Assembly (NCBI GenBank): GCA_049319825.1
Contig: JBMORT010000006.1
Coordinates: 16,012-80,011, forward strand
From: Patescibacteria group bacterium
GTDB lineage: Bacteria > Patescibacteriota > Patescibacteriia > UBA11705 > DATKZF01
DNA: 64,000 nt
Reading direction: 5' to 3'
In this document: one piece after another, positions 1 through 7,650 of the stretch
How positions within the stretch are numbered: position 1 is the stretch's first letter
How the letters are laid out: every line of letters starts with the position of its first letter
Made by a program: the position numbers and the translations under genes
Notes under the pieces: generated by a model
Seen by the model: only the letters and a program-made list of their open reading frames with translations
What the model was told of the DNA's origin: nothing
The model's database searches: none

Positions 1-15
1 TCCTTTTTTTGTTAG

Positions 16-91
16 GAATCCGCTTGAGCCCGCAAAAAAGATTTGTAAGCTCAAGTGGATTTGGGAGCAGATGTGAGTGCTCCCGCGGGTG
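16..91. repeat. Two-hairpin intergenic repeat, copy 1 (near-identical to 566-639)
   Basis: GAATCCGCTTGAGC..GCTCAAGTGGATTT hairpin followed by GGGAGCA..TGCTCCC hairpin; the same element recurs at 566-639; each copy lies just 3' of a minus-strand gene. Confidence 0.9.
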
Positions 92-107
92 AGATTGGAG
101 ATGTTTT

Positions 108-335
108 TTATCTCCAGCGGTAGGTGAGGTTTTTTTGGAAGGCCCTTTCGCGCTCGAATCGGTCTCGGAGCGCGGCGGGGTTGAAGAGGAATTCGGAAAT
201 GAGCGCTCCTTTGCAATCCGCGGGAACGACACCCCACAGACTGCGGAGCATGCGGACATCCTCCTTTCCCATGAATTTCTTGTAAAGCTTAAAGACCAGA
301 ACTCCGAAGAAAGCCGTCGTGATCAGAAAAAACAT
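108..335 (-). CDS. Small hypothetical protein with N-terminal hydrophobic segment (75 aa)
   Basis: ORF with AAGGAG SD upstream of ATG; co-oriented with csx3. Confidence 0.65.
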   Translation of the reverse strand: MFFLITTAFFGVLVFKLYKKFMGKEDVRMLRSLWGVVPADCKGALISEFLFNPAALRDRFERERAFQKNLTYRWR

Positions 336-360
336 GTTATTCTCCTTATTGGTTGTTTAG

Positions 361-448
361 CGGCACCGGTGGGAGTCGAACCCACGCTCATCCCCGACGA
401 CCGGTTGACCGGCCGGACTACCCGTCCTTTTTATGTCGGGCGATGCCG
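361..448 (-). ncRNA. Non-canonical tRNA-like RNA (acceptor stem and T-arm intact, D and anticodon arms atypical)
   Basis: Minus strand CGGCATCG/CGGTGCCG acceptor stem and GTGGG-TTCGACT-CCCAC T-arm; the interior does not fit a cloverleaf; no encoded CCA. Confidence 0.6.
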
Positions 449-557
449 TAATTACGAATTTACGAATCTTTACAAATGTTACGAATGGTTACGAATTAAT
501 CTTTTTGGGCAATATGTAACAATTTGTAACATTTGTACCGATATGTAATTTGTAACT
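449..557. repeat. Inverted array of short degenerate repeats (TACGAAT units then ATTTGTA units)
   Basis: About 5 TAC(G/A)AAT units followed by about 5 AT(T/A)TGTA units. Confidence 0.8.
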
Positions 558-565
558 TCATGAAT

Positions 566-639
566 GAATCCGCTTGAGCTCGCAAAAGATTTGTAAGCTC
601 GAGTGGATTTGGGAGCAGGTGTGAGTGCTCCCAAGGGTG
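566..639. repeat. Two-hairpin intergenic repeat, copy 2
   Basis: Near-identical to 16-91; lies just 3' of the csx3 stop codon. Confidence 0.9.
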
Positions 640-661
640 GGGTTGATAGGTGGGAAGAATG

Positions 662-1003
662 TCACAGGACGTCGGAGGCCAAGATCAGGTCACCGACGTG
701 GTACTTGTCGCCGTGGGAGATGGCGACGATGTACCCGGCGCACTTCGGATCGAAGCACGCCACGACCGCGTAGCGGTGGGCCAAGTGGTGCGCGAGCACC
801 ATGGCCACCGGCAGGGCGGCGGGCCCGTTGGTCAGCGCCATGGCCCCGCCCATCTCGGACGAAGCCTCCAGCTCCTTGATGCGGGCCTCGGCGTCCCGGA
901 CAACGACGTCGGTCGTGGCCGGATCGGCGAATCCGATCTTGAAGAGGGTGGCGGGGGCGGCGCCGACGTTGACGTTCGAGGTCTCGATTCTGTAGGTGGC
1001 CAT
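662..1003 (-). CDS. csx3: CRISPR-associated Csx3/Crn3-like ring nuclease
   Basis: Motifs NGPAALPVAMVLAHHLAH and FDPK..GYIVAISH match the Csx3 family; 113 aa; GAAAGGGGGG SD. Confidence 0.8.
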   Translation of the reverse strand: MATYRIETSNVNVGAAPATLFKIGFADPATTDVVVRDAEARIKELEASSEMGGAMALTNGPAALPVAMVLAHHLAHRYAVVACFDPKCAGYIVAISHGDKYHVGDLILASDVL

Positions 1004-1034
1004 GATAGCCCCCCTTTCTTTTTTCTAAAATTTA

Positions 1035-1116
1035 GCCGCTGTGTCCGCCGGCGGCATGGCGTCCCGGAGCTTCCCCGAGATATTACAGCCCGGTTTATAA
1101 CGGCGTGGGTTGGCCG
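1035..1116 (-). ncRNA. Structured three-helix motif, csx3-proximal copy
   Basis: Paralog of 1131-1213 with conserved single-stranded motifs (CAACYCAY, GCTGTAATA, GCGGACA) and compensatory stem changes. Confidence 0.6.
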
Positions 1117-1130
1117 CGATTTACTATTTG

Positions 1131-1213
1131 AAGCGACAATGTCCGCCTGTCGCTTTAGCGCTCCGGAACCGCCCCGGAGTATTACAGCTCCTTTTTACGA
1201 CATGAGTTGGTCG
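1131..1213 (-). ncRNA. Structured three-helix motif, ATPase-proximal copy
   Basis: See 1035-1116; G-U pairs in the central stem favour the minus strand. Confidence 0.6.
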
Positions 1214-1222
1214 GGCAGTACT

Positions 1223-1804
1223 TTATTCCTCGCAAGTCGCCAGCTTCACGAGGAGCTCGGCCAAAGCCCGAATGGTCGGGCGGCTCGCGATCGGTTCTCC
1301 TCGCTCGAGGTGATGAACCGAGCCGCGGGCAATGCCGTCCTCCCCGAGCCGGGGAACGGCATCGTCGCTTCCATGATAGTCACTCCAGATCTCGGCGACG
1401 ACCTTGATCCGGAGCCGCTCGCAGAAGACGCGCCACTCGGCGAACCGCGAGGTATCGCCGGCGAACAGAATGGCGTGGGTGGCGGAGGCGCAGATCGCCT
1501 CGTTCTCGACGCTGGGGATGCCACCGATATCCACCAGCGTCAGCGGGAGTTGACAGTTTTTCACCGAGTCCGCCACCCGCTGGACGAACTCGGGGGTGAA
1601 CTTGGCCTTATATGCCGCTTTGCAAGCGGCGGCCAAGGTGGGGTCGTGTTCAACAGTTTCCTGGAACCACGCCCCCTCACCGTCCGGGCAACCGGTGATT
1701 ACGTATGGATACGGAGCGCCCGGAATGCTCCGCACCGTGTCCTTGATTCCCTGCCGCAGGCAGGACTTGCCGCTTCGCGGCGGCCCACAAAGGACGACCT
1801 TCAT
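1223..1804 (-). CDS. Csx3-associated P-loop (AAA-like) ATPase
   Basis: Walker A GPPRSGKS, CPDGEG motif, Walker B-like LVDIGG; ATG at 1804 with AAGGAG SD; resembles the ATPase found fused or adjacent to Csx3. Confidence 0.75.
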   Translation of the reverse strand: MKVVLCGPPRSGKSCLRQGIKDTVRSIPGAPYPYVITGCPDGEGAWFQETVEHDPTLAAACKAAYKAKFTPEFVQRVADSVKNCQLPLTLVDIGGIPSVENEAICASATHAILFAGDTSRFAEWRVFCERLRIKVVAEIWSDYHGSDDAVPRLGEDGIARGSVHHLERGEPIASRPTIRALAELLVKLATCEE

Positions 1805-1904
1805 GGTTTTCTCCTTGCCCAGGCAGGGCGAGTTTTTGGGTAAAAGCACCCTTGCTAATTTTCTTACATATCTTATATATAAGAATGCTGGCAGCGGTAC
1901 TCAT

Positions 1905-2144
1905 AAAAAAAGCGACTGAGAGACACTCCCTAATTGGCGATAATCCGCATTGTCTGCGGTTTCAGCGTCTTAGAGAGATCTCCCAATCGCATTTGACGAT
2001 CAGTATCCATCGCTTCATGAGGCATCTAAGCAGACCTCAGCTTATAGCCTTATCCAACAACCCATTTAGCAAACCCTTGTTTGCACGGATAGAAGTGATG
2101 TGCCATTTTACCGAACGGCTGCGGCTCTCTCCATTTATATTTAA
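1905..2144 (-). ncRNA. Candidate structured leader or sRNA ending in a long hairpin plus U7
   Basis: Lies between the consensus promoter (2151-2179) and a hairpin at 1912-1990 followed by T7; several internal hairpins; no long ORF on this strand. Confidence 0.5.
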
Positions 2145-2150
2145 TAGGGT

Positions 2151-2179
2151 ATTATATCATATTAACAATGTTTTGTCAA
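2151..2179 (-). promoter_or_regulatory. Consensus sigma70 promoter with extended -10
   Basis: Minus strand TTGACA-17 bp-TATAAT with TGn. Confidence 0.75.
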
Positions 2180-2329
2180 TGGGTAATAGCAATTTATTGT
2201 CTAAATTTAGATAAAAAATCAGAAAATCGTGTATTTTTACATAAAGCAACATAATACAGTTATAAAATTGACTATATCGACGAAAACATGCTAAATTACG
2301 TATGTAATTAATAAAAATTCTACAAAAAT

Positions 2330-5300
2330 ATGAAATTCGCCGAAGACAGAAAGCAGTTTCCAGCCAGAGAGGAAGAAATCATGGAGTTTTGGAAAAAAGA
2401 AAAAATATTTGAAAAATCGGTCAGCGAGCGGCCTGAAGATAATGCTTATGTCTTTTACGACGGCCCGCCATTTGCCACCGGCCTGCCGCACTACGGTCAC
2501 ATCGTCGCCAGCACGCTCAAAGATATTTTTCCGCGCTACCAGACGATGAGAGGCCACCGCGTCGAGCGGCGCTGGGGCTGGGACTGCCATGGTCTGCCGA
2601 TTGAAAATTTGGTGGAAAAAGAGCTGAATTTAAATTCCCGAAAAGACATCGAAGAATACGGCATTGACAAATTCAGCGAAGCCTGCCGCTCCAAAGTTTT
2701 ATTGTACGCCAACGAATGGAAAAAAATAATTCCGCGGCTGGGACGCTGGGTGGAGATGGATGATGATTATAAAACCATGGATCCCCAGTTTATGGAATCG
2801 GTTTGGTGGGTATTTAAGAGTTTATACGACAAAAAATTTGTTTACGAAGGCTACAAGAGCATGCATATTTGTCCGAGATGTGAAACAACGCTATCAAATT
2901 TTGAGGTGACTCAGGGGTATGTTGATGTTTTTGATATTTCCGTTACTTGTAAATTTGAGCTTTGGGAAAAGATCGATGATCAGACCGCTTACCTTTTGGC
3001 TTGGACGACAACACCTTGGACCTTGCCGGGCAACGTGGCGCTGGCAGTCGGATCGCCAATTGATTATGCCATCTGGAAAATGACCTCGTTGAAAAACGGG
3101 CAGACAGAGCTGGTGATTTTCGCCAATGCGCTTGAGTCAAAAGTTTTAGGTTTTTTGCCCGGCTATAGCGAAGGGAATAAACAATTTGTTACCGAATTTC
3201 CGAAAATAAAAGGAAAATACAAATTTGAATTGATAAGGACGATTAAAGGCGTTGAGCTGGAAGGTAAAAAATACAAGCCCTTGTTTGATTATTTCGTTCA
3301 TGAAAATTTACCCAACAAGGAAAATCTTTATCAAGTGGTGACCGCTGATTTCGTTTCCACTGAGGAAGGCACTGGCGTGGTGCATATTGCTCCGGCTTTC
3401 GGCGAGGATGATTTGAATCTTGGCAATAAAAAAAATCTGTCTTTTATCCAGCATGTCACTCCGGACGGCAAGTTCATCGATTTGGTAAATGATTTCGCCG
3501 GAGAAGAGGTCAAGCCCAAGGGCGACCCGTCTTCGACCGATTCGAAAATTATCGGCTTGCTTGATGATCAGGGCAAGGTGTTTCAAACCGCCGAATATGA
3601 ACACAGCTACCCGCATTGTTGGCGTTGCGACACTCCGCTGTTAAATTACGCCACGTCTTCTTGGTTCGTAAAGGTGACCGATATTAAGGAAAGGATGATT
3701 GAACTTAATGAGAATATCAATTGGATGCCGGCGCATTTAAAGCATGGGAGATTCGGAAAATGGCTGGAAAACGCGCGGGACTGGTCCATTTCCAGGACTC
3801 GCTATTGGGGCAATCCGATGCCGGTTTGGAAATGCACCTGCGGCGAGGTCAAGGTGCTGGGATCGAAAGCGGAGCTTGAGGAGCTTAGCGGCCAGAAAAT
3901 CGACGATCTCCATAAACACGTCTTAGATAAAATAATGTTTCCATGTAAAAAATGCGGCGGCGCCATGCAAAGAATCCCCGAGGTTTTCGATTGCTGGATG
4001 GAAAGCGGTTCAATGCCTTACGCGCAGGTTCATTACCCTTTTGAAAATAAAGAAAAATTCGAGAAAAATTTTCCGGCTGAATTCATCGCCGAGGGTGTCG
4101 ATCAGACTCGCGCTTGGTTTTATGTGCTGCATATTTTAAGCTCCATGCTGTTTGACAGCAACTGTTTTAAAAATGTTGTCGTCAACGGCATTGTCCTGGC
4201 CGAGGACGGTCAGAAAATGGCCAAGTCAAAGAAAAATTATCCCGATCCGATGGCCGTTGTCGATAAATACGGCAGCGACGCTTTGAGATTTTACCTGATG
4301 AGTTCCCCTGTGGTGCGGGCCGAAGATTTACGATTCAGCGAAAAAGGTGTCGATGAGGTTTATAAAAAAGTAATATTACTGGCATTGAATGTTTTGTCTT
4401 TTTATAAGATGTACGAGCCGAAAAAAAAGGATCCGGGTTTTTTGAGCGAAGATATTTTGGATATTTGGATTGTCAGCAAATTAAATCAACTGATAAGCGA
4501 GGTCACCAAGCAGTTTGACGCCTATGACCTGAACAAGGCGCTTAAGCCAATGGCCGATTTCATCAATGATTTATCAACGTGGTATCTGCGGCGGAGCCGG
4601 GAGCGCATCAAAGGAGGAACTCCCGACGATAAAAACGCGGCGCTGCAAACGTTATATCAAGTTTTACTGACTTTTTCCAAGGTGATTGCGCCGGTGATGC
4701 CGTTTATGTCCGAGTTGATTTACGACCGAATCGGTGGAGAAAAAAAGTCCGTTCATCTGGAAGATTGGCCGCAGGCGGTTGATCGGTCGATCGACCGATC
4801 AGTGTTGCTGTCCATGGACAAAGTTAAGGAAATAGTGGAGATCGGATTGGCTATCAGACAAATGCAAAAAGTGAAGGTGCGCCAAGCGCTGCTTCGATTG
4901 CAATTAACATATAAAAAATTGGCCCCGGCCTACTTGGATATAATTAAAGATGAACTAAATGTGAAAAATATTGAAATTGTGGACGATTTAACCTATGGGG
5001 ATTCCTGGCGAACCATCGAGGATTCTTCCGAACAGGTGGCGCTGGACGTGGCCATCACTCCCGAATTGAAGAAGGAAGGATTAATGCGCGAGATAATACG
5101 CTCGATCAATAATTTGCGAAAGAATTCCGGGTTAACCATCAGCGATAAAGTAAACGTATATTTTCAAACAGCTAGCTCGGAATTGTCCGAGGTGCTGCAA
5201 GCGGAGGAATATAAAAATGAGATATTGAAAAAAACTATCGCCCAAGACATTATTTCGGGAAAAGGCGGCGCCATCGAAAACTTTTCGGCCGAGTTATCAA

Positions 5301-5341
5301 TCGACGGGCAATTGATTTGGTTCGGGCTGTCGAAAATTTAG
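2330..5341 (+). CDS. ileS: Isoleucine--tRNA ligase (type 2)
   Basis: DGPPFATGLPHYGH, GWDCHGLP, WTTTPWTLP, EGVDQTRAWF, KMAKS motifs. Confidence 0.97.
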   Translation: MKFAEDRKQFPAREEEIMEFWKKEKIFEKSVSERPEDNAYVFYDGPPFATGLPHYGHIVASTLKDIFPRYQTMRGHRVERRWGWDCHGLPIENLVEKELNLNSRKDIEEYGIDKFSEACRSKVLLYANEWKKIIPRLGRWVEMDDDYKTMDPQFMESVWWVFKSLYDKKFVYEGYKSMHICPRCETTLSNFEVTQGYVDVFDISVTCKFELWEKIDDQTAYLLAWTTTPWTLPGNVALAVGSPIDYAIWKMTSLKNGQTELVIFANALESKVLGFLPGYSEGNKQFVTEFPKIKGKYKFELIRTIKGVELEGKKYKPLFDYFVHENLPNKENLYQVVTADFVSTEEGTGVVHIAPAFGEDDLNLGNKKNLSFIQHVTPDGKFIDLVNDFAGEEVKPKGDPSSTDSKIIGLLDDQGKVFQTAEYEHSYPHCWRCDTPLLNYATSSWFVKVTDIKERMIELNENINWMPAHLKHGRFGKWLENARDWSISRTRYWGNPMPVWKCTCGEVKVLGSKAELEELSGQKIDDLHKHVLDKIMFPCKKCGGAMQRIPEVFDCWMESGSMPYAQVHYPFENKEKFEKNFPAEFIAEGVDQTRAWFYVLHILSSMLFDSNCFKNVVVNGIVLAEDGQKMAKSKKNYPDPMAVVDKYGSDALRFYLMSSPVVRAEDLRFSEKGVDEVYKKVILLALNVLSFYKMYEPKKKDPGFLSEDILDIWIVSKLNQLISEVTKQFDAYDLNKALKPMADFINDLSTWYLRRSRERIKGGTPDDKNAALQTLYQVLLTFSKVIAPVMPFMSELIYDRIGGEKKSVHLEDWPQAVDRSIDRSVLLSMDKVKEIVEIGLAIRQMQKVKVRQALLRLQLTYKKLAPAYLDIIKDELNVKNIEIVDDLTYGDSWRTIEDSSEQVALDVAITPELKKEGLMREIIRSINNLRKNSGLTISDKVNVYFQTASSELSEVLQAEEYKNEILKKTIAQDIISGKGGAIENFSAELSIDGQLIWFGLSKI

Positions 5342-5467
5342 AAATTCGCCACATACTGTTCGCGACGAATGTTAGATATTAGAAATTGGTTTTATGTTTT
5401 TCCGGTTTTTATTTTCGAGGACCAATGTCGAGCTTCGAAATAAAGACTTTTTACACGTTATTATTCT

Positions 5468-6826
5468 ATGCATGCTACATACGATGTTGCCATCGTCGGA
5501 GCCGGACCGGCCGGCCTTTTTGCCGCGTTAAAATTAATCGAAAGCCGATCCGATTTATCGGTGGTTTTAATTGAAAAAGGGAAGAAAGTGATGGATCGTG
5601 ATCGAAAAAACGTGATGAATGGCGTGGGCGGAGCCGGCACTTTTTCCGACGGTAAAGTTCATTTTACTCCCGTTTTGAGCATGGAAAAGATGCTCAATTT
5701 TTATTCGCGGAGCGAGTACCAGGAATTTTTAGATGAAGTTGACCGGGTGCTCACCCGTTTTGGCGTCGACGCTCCTTATTATCCGAAAGATTTGGACGAA
5801 GCCAGACAGCTGGTTGACCGCTGCAAAAAAGAAAGCATTCATTTGTTTGTCAGGAAAACAAGGCACATCGGCTCCGACAAGCTGCCCGAGGTGATTAAAA
5901 ATTTCGAGGATTATCTCTTGAATAAGGGCGTGAAATTTTTAACCGATAGAGAAGTGCTGGAGCTGTTAGTGGAAAACAATGTTTGTCGCGGGGTCAGACT
6001 GACCAACGGTGAAACGATTGGCGCCGATCAAGTGATTGTCGCTCCCGGCCGGATCGGCGCCCAGTGGCTTCAAAATATATGTAAAAATTTGGGTTTAAAA
6101 TACGATTACGATAAAGCGTTGGTCGGGGTACGAGTGGAATTCCCACATGGAATAATCAAAGAACACGCGGAGCTTTTATACGAAACAATTTATCTGATGT
6201 ATACCAAAACATTTGATGATGCCATCAGAACATATTGCCCATGCTCTCGAGGGAAAGTGGCGGTTGAAAATTATGACGGATTCGTGTGCGTCAACGGCCA
6301 TTCAAATTCAAATTACGATTCTGAAAATTCCAACTTCGCTTTTCTGTCGGAAATCCGTTTGACCGAGCCGGTTGAGAATACGATTCAATACGCCAAATCA
6401 ATCGCTCAGCTGGCCAATACCATCGGCGGCGGCAAACCGATTTTGCAGCGTTTGGTCGACCTTCGGTCCGGCCGGAGAAGCACTTGGCAAAGAATTAATA
6501 AAAGTTATGTTCGGCCGAGTTTGACCGAGGTAACTCCGGGTGATATCTCCATGGCGCTGCCGGGGAGAATTGTCACCAATATTGTCGAAGGATTGGCAAT
6601 GCTGGCCAGAGTATTGCCCGGCGTAGATTCCGGGCACACATTATTGTATGCGCCGGAAATAAAGTTGACCTCATCAAAGATCGAAACGGATAAATATTTG
6701 GAGACCACCATTAAAAATTTATTCGTCGCCGGCGATGGAGCCGGCGTCTCCGGCAATATCACGGGCGCCGCTTCGACGGGCATAATGGCCGCTTTGGGTA
6801 TATTAAAAAAAATAAATGATCGCTAG
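5468..6826 (+). CDS. Uncharacterised FAD/NAD(P)-dependent oxidoreductase
   Basis: GAGPAG Rossmann motif, GGAGTFSDGK, C-terminal AGDGAG. Confidence 0.85.
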   Translation: MHATYDVAIVGAGPAGLFAALKLIESRSDLSVVLIEKGKKVMDRDRKNVMNGVGGAGTFSDGKVHFTPVLSMEKMLNFYSRSEYQEFLDEVDRVLTRFGVDAPYYPKDLDEARQLVDRCKKESIHLFVRKTRHIGSDKLPEVIKNFEDYLLNKGVKFLTDREVLELLVENNVCRGVRLTNGETIGADQVIVAPGRIGAQWLQNICKNLGLKYDYDKALVGVRVEFPHGIIKEHAELLYETIYLMYTKTFDDAIRTYCPCSRGKVAVENYDGFVCVNGHSNSNYDSENSNFAFLSEIRLTEPVENTIQYAKSIAQLANTIGGGKPILQRLVDLRSGRRSTWQRINKSYVRPSLTEVTPGDISMALPGRIVTNIVEGLAMLARVLPGVDSGHTLLYAPEIKLTSSKIETDKYLETTIKNLFVAGDGAGVSGNITGAASTGIMAALGILKKINDR

Positions 6827-6954
6827 CCGGTGGCTCATTATTGTCAAATGCCGTGAAAATAATATTGCTGCGAATCGATCGCATGTCTTGTTGATACAAT
6901 TATTCGCCAATACCTACAATAAATCATTCAATTAAAACACACCGGAGGCCAGCA

Positions 6955-7195
6955 GTGTCAGATAAAGCCGATGGTCGATTTACCATGGATGCTTTTGGGA
7001 TTTTTGCGCCCAAAGTCATTTTGCCCGTACCTGATTGGAAAAATCGAAGCGGAAGTTACCTTGCAGGTTTCATCCGTTAATATGCGGGCAACCAACGAGG
7101 TTGCCGCTCGTCAATCGGCGCAGGATGTCGTGTCGCAGCTGATAAAGGACAAGGCAAAACAAACCCTTTGTCGGTACAAATCGGTTTTTTGTTGA
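6955..7195 (+). pseudogene. Frameshifted paralog of the 7314-7526 protein
   Basis: GGAGG SD + GTG at 6955; the N-half (KADGRFTMDAF) and, after a +1 shift near 7036, the C-half (GKIEAEVTLQV..NEVAAR) both align to the downstream gene. Confidence 0.65.
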
Positions 7196-7226
7196 ATAAG
7201 TTCAGCTTGTATATTTGATTCGCCCC

Positions 7227-7255
7227 TTGACGAAAACGATAAATTAATATAGAAT
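7227..7255 (+). promoter_or_regulatory. sigma70 promoter
   Basis: TTGACG-17-TAGAAT. Confidence 0.6.
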
Positions 7256-7313
7256 TTTGTATTGAGACGCTCGGGTCATCGCCGTGATTTACAGGGAAAA
7301 AGGAGGAACAGAC

Positions 7314-7526
7314 ATGCCGATGACTAAGGAAGGCGATCGATTTGTTCTTGATGCGTTTGCCAAATTTTTCGAGATTGTTATGGTGCCGACAGTCTCGGGC
7401 GAAGTTCCGGTAAAGTTCAGCTTCCAGATCACTGCCGCAAGAGTCACCGCCGACAATCAGGCCGCGGCCAAGGAAATTGTGTCTGTGGCGCTGGCTAAGT
7501 TGCTCGCGAGCAAGGAACAAAGCTGA
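7314..7526 (+). CDS. Small hypothetical protein (70 aa)
   Basis: AGGAGG SD at 7301-7306, own promoter, paralog immediately upstream. Confidence 0.75.
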   Translation: MPMTKEGDRFVLDAFAKFFEIVMVPTVSGEVPVKFSFQITAARVTADNQAAAKEIVSVALAKLLASKEQS

Positions 7527-7650
7527 TTGACCGCTTGTAATACAAAGCGGTTTTTTTTTAAAAAAATTAAATAAATTTGCGGCTGAACAATAAGTCGTTC
7601 AATCCACGCGATTATTTGAAAATAAAAAGAGCCGGTAATGACCAGCTCCA

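Noticed and set aside
16-91. Integron attC site
   Set aside because: GTTAGG flanks only one copy, paired R-box motifs are not evident, and there is no integrase in the window
361-448. tRNA-Sec or opal suppressor call (8-bp acceptor stem, TCA in a loop)
   Set aside because: TCA sits in a 4-nt loop, there is no proper D-arm or 7-nt anticodon loop, and no sel genes are in the window
135-548. 137-aa plus-strand ORF
   Set aside because: Runs antisense across the SD-led ORF, the tRNA-like element and a repeat array; no recognisable motif
1035-1213. CRISPR mini-array next to csx3
   Set aside because: Only two long diverged units with covarying stems, not identical repeats with unique spacers
650-1843. 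397-aa plus-strand ORF
   Set aside because: Antisense shadow of the GC-rich csx3 and ATPase genes, which have recognisable motifs and SD sites
1905-2144. T-box riboswitch for ileS
   Set aside because: Wrong strand relative to ileS and it lacks the GGTGGNACC T-box consensus
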